A stretch of 64,000 bases of DNA, from NCBI GenBank assembly GCA_009837395.1, contig VXTP01000044.1, positions 17,062 through 81,061 of the forward strand, given 5' to 3'. Source of the DNA: Gemmatimonadota bacterium. GTDB lineage: Bacteria; JAAXHH01. Below the pieces are notes generated by a model that worked only from the letters and a program-made list of their open reading frames with translations, made no database searches and was not told where the DNA came from. The translations under genes were made by a program, and so were the position numbers. Every line of letters starts with the position of its first letter. Position 1 is the stretch's first letter. Of the stretch, positions 27,960-38,173 are shown piece after piece.

Positions 27960-28428
27960 CGCGGAAGGCCCTATCCAGTTCGGCGATGTCGAGCTTGCTC
28001 ATCTCCATAAATGCCGCCGTTACTCGTTCGACCGCCGCCGGATCATCGCTGGCCAGCATTTCGCCGAGTCGGGCGGGCACGATCTGCCAGGACACGCCGA
28101 AGCGATCGACCAGCCAGCCGCAGCGGCTTTCCTGGCCACCGCCGGAAACTAGCCCCTCCCACAACCTGTCCACCTCGTCCTGGTCGGCACAGCTGACGCA
28201 GAGCGACATGGCCGGACTGTGCTTAAAGTGGGGGCCGCCATTGATGATCGTGAATGTCTGCCCAGCCAGTTCGAAGTGCGCGGTCATAATGTCTCCCGGG
28301 GTGCCCATGCCGGCTTCATTGTGCCGGGTGATGCCAAGGACGCGCGAATCAGGCAAGAGGGAGGTGTAGAGATCCAGCGCTTCTTCAACGCGCCCGTCGA
28401 ACCAGAGATTGGTTACGATCTTTTGCAT
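27952..28428 (-). CDS. VOC family protein (PhnB / 3-demethylubiquinone-9 methyltransferase-like)
   Basis: QKIVTNLWF, INGGPHF, CGWLVDRFGVSWQI. Confidence 0.92.
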   Translation of the reverse strand: MQKIVTNLWFDGRVEEALDLYTSLLPDSRVLGITRHNEAGMGTPGDIMTAHFELAGQTFTIINGGPHFKHSPAMSLCVSCADQDEVDRLWEGLVSGGGQESRCGWLVDRFGVSWQIVPARLGEMLASDDPAAVERVTAAFMEMSKLDIAELDRAFRGE

Positions 28429-28431
28429 GGA

Positions 28432-28821
28432 TCACCGACCCTCGTCTACGGCGATCGAGTACGAGGTCATGGTCTTTATCTTCATGCTCGACGCACTGGT
28501 GAACTGAACCACATCGCAGAAGGCGTGGGCCTGGCCCGAGTTCGACCGGATCACGCCGTTGACGGCCGCTTCCCGACCATGAGTGATGATGGATTCGATG
28601 ACCAGGTCACTCGTTCCGACACCCTGCATCGCTTCCAGCAATGCGCGGACATTATCTTTTCCCTCGATCACGCTGTCACCCACCAGGTTCCAGACGATAT
28701 CGTCGCTCATCGGCAACAGGATGCCGTCGATGTCGGCGTGCGCGAAGGCAGAGATGAAGTCCCGCAACAAAGCCTTCTTCGGCGCGTTCTTGCAGTCGGG
28801 TTTAACAGTGATGTTGGGCAT
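28432..28821 (-). CDS. SnoaL/NTF2-like protein
   Basis: DCKNAPKK, DDIVWNLVG, ITHGREAAVNG, FCDV. Confidence 0.85.
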   Translation of the reverse strand: MPNITVKPDCKNAPKKALLRDFISAFAHADIDGILLPMSDDIVWNLVGDSVIEGKDNVRALLEAMQGVGTSDLVIESIITHGREAAVNGVIRSNSGQAHAFCDVVQFTSASSMKIKTMTSYSIAVDEGR

Positions 28822-28929
28822 GACCTGGCCTTTCGATTATGGACCTGACTTACCTGCGGTTGTAAGCCGGACCTGCAGACAGTCATAGACCAGACCTGAA
28901 AACCATCCAGACTGGACCTGCAGGCCATC

Positions 28930-29811
28930 TCAGGTTTCGAGTAGCGAATGCACGGCCTGGCGTACGGCGGGCCACGTCACGGAGCCCGGTACCATGAACT
29001 CGTGGTGGCCGGCGTTCGGGATGACGACGTGTTCGACAGGGTCACCGGCCGCGCGGCACGCCGCCGCGTAGGCTACTCCCAGTTCGGGCGGCACGACCCA
29101 GTCGTGTTCCGCGCTGATCATGACCTGTGGAAGACCCAGGGGCAGCAATGCTACGGGCGATCCGCATCGATATCGACTTTCCGCACGCCCCTCGGGCTCT
29201 TCGGATGATACGCCAGGATCGCCAAGCAGTTCCGAAACGACGTCCTGCCGGCATTCCGCATCCGCGTGAGGTGTGAAACCTCTCAGATCGCCCGGTCCGC
29301 CCAGTACGACGGTCCCTCGCAACGGCAACGGATCCGCGGTCCAGAGCGGGCTTTCACCGGGCAGGCGGTGGCGCGCTGCCGTCCAGAGGGCCAGGTGGCC
29401 TCCCGCCGAGTGGCCGATGGTGATGACGCGATCCAGGTCGAGATCGTGATCGCCAGCCAGCGTGCGCAGGTAGTCTGTCGCGCTCCCGGCGTCGAGAAAG
29501 GTCCCCGGCCATCCGCCGCCCTCCTGATCCACGCACCGGTATTCCACGTTCCAGGTAGCGATGCCCTCGTCCCGTAGGGCGTCGGCCAGCGCATCCGCGT
29601 TGCGCAGGTCCGCGTAGATCGACAGCCAGCAGCCTCCGTGCAGGACCACGGCCACCGGATGGGGACCTTGGCCGGCCGGCAACCGCAATTCCCCAAATTG
29701 AGACAGCGCTGGTCCATATGACGATCTGACGTCCGCGGGTTTGCTGGGCAGCGCGTTGACGATGTCGGGGGTCGCGAAGGGATGATTATCGGAGGTGAAT
29801 CTGGCAGTCAT
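28930..29811 (-). CDS. Alpha/beta hydrolase (esterase/lipase)
   Basis: LHGGCW, WNVEYR, GHSAGG, DWVVP, GHH. Confidence 0.9.
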   Translation of the reverse strand: MTARFTSDNHPFATPDIVNALPSKPADVRSSYGPALSQFGELRLPAGQGPHPVAVVLHGGCWLSIYADLRNADALADALRDEGIATWNVEYRCVDQEGGGWPGTFLDAGSATDYLRTLAGDHDLDLDRVITIGHSAGGHLALWTAARHRLPGESPLWTADPLPLRGTVVLGGPGDLRGFTPHADAECRQDVVSELLGDPGVSSEEPEGRAESRYRCGSPVALLPLGLPQVMISAEHDWVVPPELGVAYAAACRAAGDPVEHVVIPNAGHHEFMVPGSVTWPAVRQAVHSLLET

Positions 29812-29897
29812 GATGTGAGGGTCGCGAAGAGCGTGACGACACAAGACGGACGTTCAGGACATAAACCGTTGTTCGGAACTTCAACCGTTGTCGCCCG

Positions 29898-30389
29898 TCA
29901 CAGCAGAAACCGACCGCGCTCTTCGGGCGTGGGCAGCCTGCACGCGTCCCGTCTGCCGAACCAGCGGTACCGGTTACGTGCGACAGTGCGATAGACACAA
30001 TCGCGCAGTGGACGTGGAAAAACATACAGCACGGCGATCAGCCGCCATGCGCCGCCCAGTCGTGCCATGGCGTGCAGGACAGCGTCGGATTGTTCGAAAC
30101 GCCCGTCTGTATCGAGGAAAATGAAAGATCGGGGTTCGTCGGACGGAAGATCGCCCGCCTGGGAATCTCTTGACGTTGGATCGTCCGGCTCGTCGTCCCC
30201 GGCCTCGTCCTCCACCCCCAGCAATCGTCGCGCCGTTTCGCCCTGCAGCGGCGCAAACCGGAACCGGTGCTGGCTATCGGTCCGTAGCATAAAATCGACG
30301 AAGCGGTTGCAGAGGCCGCACACGCCATCGAAAAACAGGATTGGCTGCCTGTGTTCCGCTTCACTGTGGGCCGAGTCGTTCACCGCCAC
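29898..30389 (-). CDS. DCC1-like thiol-disulfide oxidoreductase (DUF393)
   Basis: FDGVCGLC, FAPLQ, ARNRYRWFG; carries an acidic insert. Confidence 0.92.
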   Translation of the reverse strand: MAVNDSAHSEAEHRQPILFFDGVCGLCNRFVDFMLRTDSQHRFRFAPLQGETARRLLGVEDEAGDDEPDDPTSRDSQAGDLPSDEPRSFIFLDTDGRFEQSDAVLHAMARLGGAWRLIAVLYVFPRPLRDCVYRTVARNRYRWFGRRDACRLPTPEERGRFLL

Positions 30390-30430
30390 GCGTCCTTCAC
30401 CGGGCCGAATCCGTTACCGCACCGGGCTGG

Positions 30431-31285
30431 TTACCGGGCCCAGGTCTTGTTCTCGAGAACCGACTGGGTCTCGTAGATCGAACCGCCTCGTTCCGGTCCG
30501 GGCAGCGGCATGCGTACGGGCAGGTCGGCCATGCGCGGCACGTTGGTCGGTTCGCCCCGGAGGAGGTTGCCGTTGAAGACGTCCCAGTCGCCCGCTCCCG
30601 TGAGCGGCCAGGCGTCGGCGGCAGCCATCTGGAACAAGAGCAAGCGCCGTGGTGCGCCCGAATAGTTCGGCGCTGAACCATGCAGTGTTCGGACGTGATG
30701 GATCGAAATCCCACCCGCGGGCACTTCGAGCGCTACGACGTTATCCGGGGTGAAGTCGGGATCGTTCACCGCGCCGCAGAACCGGCCGTCCTGGTGATGG
30801 TTGTAGGTGGGGCCTTTGTGGGAACCGGGAATCACCAGCAGGGCGCCGTTGGCTTCGTTCATCTCATCGATGCAGACGCCCACGGCGAGAATGTCGTCGT
30901 TGGTGTGGGGATAAAAGGACCAGTCCTGGTGCCACTCCACCGGGCTGCCGTAGTCGGCGGACTTCATGTTCAGCTTGTTGCCGTTGGTCCGGATGTTGTC
31001 GCCGATCAGCTGCGCCACGATGTCGAGGATGCCGTCGTGCTCTATGGTGCTCCGGTACACGTCGTGGTGGTCGATCGGGCTCTTCAGGCGGCGCACCTGT
31101 GGATCATCCGCCGAGTGACCGGGTTCGAGGTCGTAGAAGTCCGTATGTTCGGTGATGACCCGGGCCTTATCTACGAATTCGTCTGTCACCCGCTGCAGGT
31201 CCGCGACCTCCGCGTCGGAAAGCACCTTGTCGACAGTCATGTAACCGTTCTCGTGGTAGAACTCAACCTGCTCCTGGGATAACAT
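30431..31285 (-). CDS. Phytanoyl-CoA dioxygenase (PhyH) family protein
   Basis: FYHENGY, WHQDW, NGALLVIPGSH, LHGSAPN; true start MLSQEQ. Confidence 0.93.
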   Translation of the reverse strand: MLSQEQVEFYHENGYMTVDKVLSDAEVADLQRVTDEFVDKARVITEHTDFYDLEPGHSADDPQVRRLKSPIDHHDVYRSTIEHDGILDIVAQLIGDNIRTNGNKLNMKSADYGSPVEWHQDWSFYPHTNDDILAVGVCIDEMNEANGALLVIPGSHKGPTYNHHQDGRFCGAVNDPDFTPDNVVALEVPAGGISIHHVRTLHGSAPNYSGAPRRLLLFQMAAADAWPLTGAGDWDVFNGNLLRGEPTNVPRMADLPVRMPLPGPERGGSIYETQSVLENKTWAR

Positions 31286-31314
31286 CTGTACCTCCGTGAT
31301 GGGACTGCTTGCCC

Positions 31315-32394
31315 TCAGCCGTACCGCTCCTCGTTCGGCCGCGGCAGGCGTTCTTCCACCGGCAGCAGGACCGGACCGCCGCGCCGAGGCTCGGAGAGGT
31401 AGTAATAGGCCGTGCTGGCGTAGTCGTTGCTCAGCTTGTTCGCATGGCCATGCTCGATGGACATGCGGAAACTTTTCCGGAACCGGATCGGATCTTCTAT
31501 GTGATACCGGTAAACGGTGTTCTTGCCCTTGAACCTCCAGTCCGGGTTGCCGCTGTAGAGAATGATCCCGTGGTACGGCGCCTGGAACTCCGTCGTCGGG
31601 CCGTATGCGCCGTGATACCAGTCTTCGGTGCCCGTGCCGTGCAGCGACGGGGGCCACGCCTCGCCGTCGATGAACATCATGTCGTCGCCTTCGCCGTACC
31701 AGTCGTTCGGGTTCCGCTGAAAGCAGTCGATGTCCAGGTGGGCGCCGCAGTAGATGCCGTCGCCCTCGACGTCGCAGATGACGTAGTTGTCCTTGTCGCT
31801 CGTGTTCAGCCAGCGCGGGTCGTTCCGGTATTCGTCGGGTTTGAGCCCTTCCTCGAAGGCCCAGCCCTTCGTATCGGCCTCCCGGCGCCACTGTACGTGA
31901 AAATACGCCTGATCCGCCACCGCGTCAACGGTGGGATAGGCCTCGCAGTCGATGTAGAAGTAGTGGAAGTAGCCTTCGTCGCCCTGGTTTTCCACTTCCA
32001 CCACGGCCTTCTCACTGAATGGCATGGGCCACCACGCGTTGAATCCCTTGCCGTCCTGGGGGCTCATCTGCAGCGGGGCGGTGATGAAATCCTTGCGCAT
32101 GCCGTGCCCCAGGCCGAAGAAATCGCCGATGGGACACTCCACGCTCGGCTCCGCGCAACCGTCCCAGTACATGCGCAGCACGATGCGACGGCAGTAGTCC
32201 TCAGACGGGATCCCGAGCGTCATCCAGATGTGCTTGATGCAGCCCGGACCGTCGATCTGTCCGATGACGCGTTTCTCACCGGCCTCGATCCGCCAGGCGT
32301 CGGTGTTGGCGCCCGTCGTGTCCCAGCTCGAAATCCGGTGGCTTTTATACGTGCGCAGCGTGGGCAGCGACGCCAGGCTGGTCTGACCGATCAT
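31315..32394 (-). CDS. DUF2961 / glycoside hydrolase family 172 protein (copy 2)
   Basis: GPGCIKHIW, PIGDFFG, WYGEGDDM, GTGTEDW, YRYHIEDPI. Confidence 0.9.
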   Translation of the reverse strand: MIGQTSLASLPTLRTYKSHRISSWDTTGANTDAWRIEAGEKRVIGQIDGPGCIKHIWMTLGIPSEDYCRRIVLRMYWDGCAEPSVECPIGDFFGLGHGMRKDFITAPLQMSPQDGKGFNAWWPMPFSEKAVVEVENQGDEGYFHYFYIDCEAYPTVDAVADQAYFHVQWRREADTKGWAFEEGLKPDEYRNDPRWLNTSDKDNYVICDVEGDGIYCGAHLDIDCFQRNPNDWYGEGDDMMFIDGEAWPPSLHGTGTEDWYHGAYGPTTEFQAPYHGIILYSGNPDWRFKGKNTVYRYHIEDPIRFRKSFRMSIEHGHANKLSNDYASTAYYYLSEPRRGGPVLLPVEERLPRPNEERYG

Positions 32395-32432
32395 GGATCC
32401 TCCCTTGCAGGTTGGTGGACGCGGTCCGTCCG

Positions 32433-33515
32433 TCACTCTCCGTAGTGCGGTTCGTCCGGACGCGGAATCCGGTCCTCGACTGGCAGCAGGGGCGGTCCGC
32501 TGCGCCGCGGTTCGGACAGGTAGTAGTACGCCGTGCTCGAGTAGTCGTTGCTCAGCTTGTTCGCGTGGCCGTGCTCGATGGAGATGTGAAAGCTCTTCCG
32601 AAACCGGATCGGATCCTCGATATGGTAGCGGTAGACCGTGTTCTTGCCCTTCCACCGCCACTCGTCGTTACCACTGTACAGGATGATGCCGTGATAGGGC
32701 GCATTGTACTCGTCGGTCGGGCAGTAGGCGCAGTGGTACCAATCCTCGGTGCCGGTTCCGTGCAGCGACGGCGGCCACGCCTCGCCGTCGATGAACATCA
32801 TGTCGTCGCCTTCGCCGTACCAGTCGTTCGGGTTACGCTGAAAGCAGTCGATGTCCAGGTGGGCGCCGCAGTAGACGCCGTTTCCTTCGACGTCGCAGAT
32901 GACGTAGTTTTCTCGCTCGCTCAAATTCGCCCAGCGCGGGTCGTTCCGGTAGGCTTCCGGCTTGAGTCCTTCCTCGTAGGCCCATCCCCGGGTGTTGGCT
33001 TCCCGCCGCCACTGCGTGTGAAAATACGCCTGGTCCGCTACCGCTTCGGCCGTGGGATACGTCTCGTAATCGATGTAGAAGTAGTGGTTATATCCGTCGG
33101 TCCCCTGGTTCTCCACTTCGATCACGGCCTTGTCCCTGAAGGGCATGGGCCACCAGGAGTTGAACCCCTTACCGTCCTGCGGGCTCATCTGCAACGGCGC
33201 CGTGATGAAATCCTTGCGCATGCCGTGACCCAGGCCGAAGAAATCCCCGATGGGGCACTCCACGCTCGGCTGCGCGCTGCCGTCCCAGTACATGCGCATT
33301 ACGATGCGGCGGCAATAGTCCTCCGCCGGGAGCCCGAGCGTCATCCACAGGTGCTTGATGCATCCCGGTCCGTTGATCTCACCGATCACCCGTTTCTCGC
33401 CGGCTTCGATGCGCCAGAAATCGGCATTCTCGCCGGAGGTATTCCAACTGGAAATCCGGCGGCTGTCATAAGCGCGCAGCGAGGGCAGCGACGCCAGGCT
33501 GGTCTGACCGATCAT
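32433..33515 (-). CDS. DUF2961 / glycoside hydrolase family 172 protein (copy 1)
   Basis: Same motifs; tandem paralogue of 31315..32394. Confidence 0.9.
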   Translation of the reverse strand: MIGQTSLASLPSLRAYDSRRISSWNTSGENADFWRIEAGEKRVIGEINGPGCIKHLWMTLGLPAEDYCRRIVMRMYWDGSAQPSVECPIGDFFGLGHGMRKDFITAPLQMSPQDGKGFNSWWPMPFRDKAVIEVENQGTDGYNHYFYIDYETYPTAEAVADQAYFHTQWRREANTRGWAYEEGLKPEAYRNDPRWANLSERENYVICDVEGNGVYCGAHLDIDCFQRNPNDWYGEGDDMMFIDGEAWPPSLHGTGTEDWYHCAYCPTDEYNAPYHGIILYSGNDEWRWKGKNTVYRYHIEDPIRFRKSFHISIEHGHANKLSNDYSSTAYYYLSEPRRSGPPLLPVEDRIPRPDEPHYGE

Positions 33516-33657
33516 GGATTATTCCTTTCGGATTGTTGACGATACCAGTTATAATTTTCGTGAATATCAGCTATAATTTATTGAAATAACGGAACTTTAT
33601 ACACGACCGCCTCGGCAGCTTCACCACATCGCCGCGCTTCGATCCGGCACGCCGGAC

Positions 33658-35517
33658 CTACCACTTCGGCATGCCAACCGTCACCAGAGCCTCGGTCACC
33701 TGCCCGAAGGGCCGCCCGCCCACGGTCAGGTTCAGCGCCACGGGCTGCCGCCGGCATTGCGTGTCCTCCGGAACGTGCAGCACCAGGCGGATCTCCTTCT
33801 GTTCCCGTGGACCCAGGAACAGGGTCGCCGTCTCGCTCTGCCAGCCATCGGGCCCCACCAGCCGGATGCGGGCCGGCTGCTCCGTGGGAAAGGGATTGAG
33901 CACCCATCCGCTGAACTCGATCGGTCCGCCCTCGGGCGCGTGGGCCCGGTACGGCACCAGCTTGCCGCCCTGGGACTCGGCGCCGAAGTGGGCGTCGTCG
34001 TCATCCAGCAGCATGAGGGTGGTGTGCACGTCGTCGAAGGCTTCCGCGGCCCGGCCGATCTCGGCGTACCATTCGGGTGATGTGCGGTAGGGGCGTGTAT
34101 GGCCCGTGATGACCAGTTCCGGCTCGAAACGTTTCAGATCTTTCAGGAACCGTTTGTAGCACCCCAGGTCGAGCCCGTTCTTGTAGACGTGGTTGGTGAA
34201 CATGCGCGCGCCGGCCTCGTAGCCCACGCCGCCCCCCGTGTTGAAGAAGGCCTGGTCGCCCGTGTGGGCTACGCGGGTCCCGTCGATCTCCATGCAGATC
34301 AACGTGGCGAAACGGGTGTGACCCGACATGGGATAGAGCGTGATGGGGATGTTCTCCCAGTGGACGGTTGTCCCGTTGGGGATGTGCCGGCCCACCCGGA
34401 TCGGCTCGTGCCAGAGACAGGGCCGGTCGTATTTCACCGGGTGCTCGAGCAGGTCACTGAACTGTTCGCCCGCCAGGACCTCCGTCCCGTAGAGACGCTG
34501 GAGCATGGGGATGCCGTTGACGTGGTCGTCGTGGAAATGGGAGACGAGCGTCGCGTCGATCCGGTCGATCCCGAAGCGCTTTCGGAGCCCGTTGATCCCG
34601 TGAAGGATCGGCCTTCGGTTGGATACATGTGACTTGCCGGGCTGGAACCCGGTCTTCACGTTGTAGCCGTAGTCGATGGACATGACCTTGCCCGTGTCGC
34701 TCAGGACGAAGTGGGTCTCCGCGCCGGCGTACTTCGAGCGGTACAGGTGGGGCAGGATCTCTTCAATATCGTCCCCGTCCGGGTCCTCCATCGGTTCGGC
34801 GACGCCGGGCTGGATCTCCTCGAGGCGTTTCAGGTTCGCCTTGAAGGCCGCGATGGCGCCGGCCGGGTCGTCCACCGGGTCCCCCAGGCTCGGGAGCAGA
34901 CGGTCCGCCTCGGCAGCAAGCAGGCGGTTGACAGCGTGGTACAGGTTCCACGCGCCGGTATAGTCGTTGTAGTTGTACTGCAGCGGCGCCAGGCGGGTCG
35001 TCTTCCCGGTCCCGCAGATCACTTCTCCCACGAATCCGATGCGCCGGCCGCCAACAGTGACAACGTAGCTGCTCGCGCCGTTGGTCATGCCGGGCGTGGG
35101 CACGACCTCCCACGACAGCCCCGCGATGCCGCGCGTCTCGTAATCCATCAGCCAGCCGTCGACCGGAACGGGACGGACAGGCGAGAAGCGGTCCCACCGG
35201 TTGTCGTAGGAGTTCCAGTGCTGCCGTTCGCGGAAGTGCTGCTCCGGATCGACGAGATACTCCTGGTCCCAGTAGGGTCCAAGTATTCGGGCCCCCTTCT
35301 CGCGCAGCCTGATGGCGCCGTCCGTGTGGTCTCGGAAGTGGTGGGTGAGCAGGACCGTCACCGGCCTGCCGCCCGCGAGCTCGTCGAGGTAATCTGCGGC
35401 CTCGCCGGTGCCGGCGTTGACCAGCACGACCCCCTCCGGCCCTTCGACGGCGTAGACGATGCAGCTGTCCTGAAATCGGTAGATACCTTCTTCGAGTCGT
35501 TCCCAGTGGGAAGGCAT
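33658..35517 (-). CDS. MBL-fold metallo-hydrolase with two MBL domains
   Basis: THHFRDH and SHFHDDH motifs, SGHT, HTGD; C-terminal Ig-like region. Confidence 0.87.
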   Translation of the reverse strand: MPSHWERLEEGIYRFQDSCIVYAVEGPEGVVLVNAGTGEAADYLDELAGGRPVTVLLTHHFRDHTDGAIRLREKGARILGPYWDQEYLVDPEQHFRERQHWNSYDNRWDRFSPVRPVPVDGWLMDYETRGIAGLSWEVVPTPGMTNGASSYVVTVGGRRIGFVGEVICGTGKTTRLAPLQYNYNDYTGAWNLYHAVNRLLAAEADRLLPSLGDPVDDPAGAIAAFKANLKRLEEIQPGVAEPMEDPDGDDIEEILPHLYRSKYAGAETHFVLSDTGKVMSIDYGYNVKTGFQPGKSHVSNRRPILHGINGLRKRFGIDRIDATLVSHFHDDHVNGIPMLQRLYGTEVLAGEQFSDLLEHPVKYDRPCLWHEPIRVGRHIPNGTTVHWENIPITLYPMSGHTRFATLICMEIDGTRVAHTGDQAFFNTGGGVGYEAGARMFTNHVYKNGLDLGCYKRFLKDLKRFEPELVITGHTRPYRTSPEWYAEIGRAAEAFDDVHTTLMLLDDDDAHFGAESQGGKLVPYRAHAPEGGPIEFSGWVLNPFPTEQPARIRLVGPDGWQSETATLFLGPREQKEIRLVLHVPEDTQCRRQPVALNLTVGGRPFGQVTEALVTVGMPKW

Positions 35518-35881
35518 GGGGGAAAATCGCTCCTTGGTTGGTCTCGGCCGATCGTCCCGGTCGTCGGCCGGGTCGTCTTCCGAGCCTGTGGTCTCGGTCA
35601 GTGGTTGGCCGGTTTGACGGGATTCTGGCCAGTTTGACCGGTTCCCGGGTCACGCGGCGGAAACGCCACGCACAACCTCGTCCATTATGCATGGGAACGA
35701 ACCCGCGGGCAACCCTTACCGCATGACACCGGTACAAATGTATTGTAATCCGTCCCGGAAACGTATAAGTTCAATGCAGCGATTGCTTTATTCCCCCGGA
35801 ATCTGATGCTCGCCCGTACGGATTCCGGGTCGCATTCGTACGGAAACCGATACGTGTTCCCGCCACTGCCGGGGTCCGATC

Positions 35882-38062
35882 TTGGCCGACGTCGAAACCC
35901 TATACGACCGCTACTTCCTCGAATACGCCACCTACGTCGTCAAGAACCGGGCGATTCCGGAGATCGACGACGGCCTGAAGCCCGTTCAGCGCCGCATCCT
36001 GCATACCCTCTTCGAGATCGACGACGGTAAGTACCACAAGGTAGCCAACGTCGTCGGCCAGACCATGCGGTTCCATCCCCACGGGGACCAGTCCATCTTC
36101 GGCGCCCTGGTCTCGCTCGCCAACAAGGACCTGTTCATCGACAAGCAGGGCAATTTCGGCTCGGTGCTCACGGGCGGCCAGGCCTCGGCCGCGCGCTACA
36201 TCGAATGCCGGCTCACGCCCCTCGCCCGGGAAGTGCTGCTCAGCCCGGAGATCACGGAGTACGTCGACTCCTACGACGGGCGTGCCCGCGAACCCGTGGT
36301 CTTCCCGGCCAAGGTCCCGGTCGCTCTCATCCTCGGCGCCGAAGGCATCGCCGTGGGCATGTCCACCCGCATCCTGCCTCACAACCCCATCGAGGTCATG
36401 GAAGCCCAGGTGTCCTGCCTCAAGGGTGAGCCCTTCCACCTGTATCCGGACTTCCCCGCCGGTGGGCTCATGGACGTGAGTGAATACGAGGACGGAAACG
36501 GGTGCGTATATACCCGCGCGCGGCTGGAGCCCCGGGACGACGGCGTGGTCATGGTCCGCGCGCTACCCTTCGGCGAGACGACCGAAAGCCTGATGAAATC
36601 TATCGAGGAGGCGGCCCGGGCGAAGCGCATCGCGGTGTCCGGAATGACCGACTACACCACCGGCGACGTGGAGATCGAGATCCGGACGGACCCCGGCGCG
36701 GAAACCGCGGACATCAACGACATCCTGCAGGGCCTCTACGCCTTCACGTCCTGCGAGGTCGCCCTCGCCGCCAACCTGCTGGTCATCTCAGGCGGTCATC
36801 CCCGCGTGATGACCGTGACGGACATGATCCGGCACAGCACGACCCGGCTGCGGGAGATCCTCGAAGCGGAACTGAAGATCGAGGAGCGGGACCTGCGCGC
36901 CCAGCTCCGCGCCCGCAGGCTCGAGCAGGTCTTCATCGAGAACCGGATATACAAAGATATCGAGGATATCGACCACATCGAAGGTGTATACGCCGCCGTG
37001 CGCGAGGCTATCGCGAAGTATAGCCCGGTTTCGACCACGGCCCGCGCCGTGGACCGGGGCATGATCGAACTCAACGACGCGCCGCTGGAGATCCGCGACG
37101 CGGCCCGCAGTCTGCTGACGACGGTATACCGCAGCCTGGATTTCGAGCACTACGGTCCGAGCCGCGAGATGATCGCCCGGAACCTGGACGCGGTCGGCCA
37201 CGGACCGGAGCCGCACAGGCGCCTGGTGCGGTCGCTGCTGGCGGCGATCCGGCACGAACTGACCGCGACGCGACGCATGGCCGCCGTGGAAGACATCATC
37301 ACGGCCGACAGCCTGACGAAGGAGGACCTGGACCGGCTCCTCGACATCCCTATCCACCGTATCACCCGGTACGGCATCGACCGGGCCGAAGCCGAGATGC
37401 GGGAGATCGAAGGCCAGCTCCGGACGGTGCTCCACAACCTCCATCACCTGACGGATTTCGCCATCGATTTCCTGGAGCAGCTCATCCGCACCTACCGCGA
37501 CGAGCATCCCCGCCGCTCGGAGGTCAAGCCCTTCACGCCGGTGCAGGAACGCGACGCCGCGGCCCGCGACCTGGTGCTCCGTTACGACACCGAATCCGGG
37601 TACATGGGCTACACCATCGAGAGCGGCCGGCCACTCTTCAACGTCTCCCTCTACGACCGGGTCGTGATCGTGCGTTCCGGGGGTGTCGCGGGCGTCCACA
37701 ATACCCTTGACAAAATGTACGTCGATCTCGATATCCTGTACTGCGCCATGGAGGAACCGGGCCGCGTGTTCACCGTCGCCTACCGCGATCTCGAAGGCTA
37801 CGCCTGCATCAAGCGCTGCACCATGGACCGCTGCCGGATCAACCAGCTCTACGAACTCGTTCCGGGGGATTCGGAGTTACTGGATTTCACGCCGGAGGCC
37901 GATCCGGAGATTGTGTTGAGTGTTTTGGGTGCGAAGGCCGGGGAGGAGACCCGCGAGATCCTCAAGGCGGACGATTTCTCCATCCGAAGCCACCGTGCGA
38001 GAGGCGACCGGATCGAGCGGACCGATGTCGTGGGTGTGAAGTTTGTGATACAGGACGATTAA
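35882..38062 (+). CDS. parC: DNA topoisomerase IV subunit A (Bacteroidetes/spirochaete-like ParC)
   Basis: RAIPEIDDGLKPVQRRIL, HPHGD, QGNFG, AARYIE (catalytic Tyr), GIAVGM, FIENRIY; no GyrA-box seen. Confidence 0.88.
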   Translation: MADVETLYDRYFLEYATYVVKNRAIPEIDDGLKPVQRRILHTLFEIDDGKYHKVANVVGQTMRFHPHGDQSIFGALVSLANKDLFIDKQGNFGSVLTGGQASAARYIECRLTPLAREVLLSPEITEYVDSYDGRAREPVVFPAKVPVALILGAEGIAVGMSTRILPHNPIEVMEAQVSCLKGEPFHLYPDFPAGGLMDVSEYEDGNGCVYTRARLEPRDDGVVMVRALPFGETTESLMKSIEEAARAKRIAVSGMTDYTTGDVEIEIRTDPGAETADINDILQGLYAFTSCEVALAANLLVISGGHPRVMTVTDMIRHSTTRLREILEAELKIEERDLRAQLRARRLEQVFIENRIYKDIEDIDHIEGVYAAVREAIAKYSPVSTTARAVDRGMIELNDAPLEIRDAARSLLTTVYRSLDFEHYGPSREMIARNLDAVGHGPEPHRRLVRSLLAAIRHELTATRRMAAVEDIITADSLTKEDLDRLLDIPIHRITRYGIDRAEAEMREIEGQLRTVLHNLHHLTDFAIDFLEQLIRTYRDEHPRRSEVKPFTPVQERDAAARDLVLRYDTESGYMGYTIESGRPLFNVSLYDRVVIVRSGGVAGVHNTLDKMYVDLDILYCAMEEPGRVFTVAYRDLEGYACIKRCTMDRCRINQLYELVPGDSELLDFTPEADPEIVLSVLGAKAGEETREILKADDFSIRSHRARGDRIERTDVVGVKFVIQDD

Positions 38063-38173
38063 GAAAACGGTGGGCAGGCCACGGACGGTCAGAAACCGAA
38101 CGATCGGGTTTTGGACGACAAGGCATTAGGCGACCAGAACGCTTCAAGCCAATAACGGCATCAACCAGGAAAG

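Noticed and set aside
389-30389. Integron cassette array (many short GNAT/HAD/APH/VOC genes)
   Set aside because: No intI, no recurring attC-like palindromes, mixed orientations and overlapping start/stop codons.
37022-37310. Intein in parC
   Set aside because: No C-terminal HN followed by C/S/T, and no recognisable splicing-block motifs.
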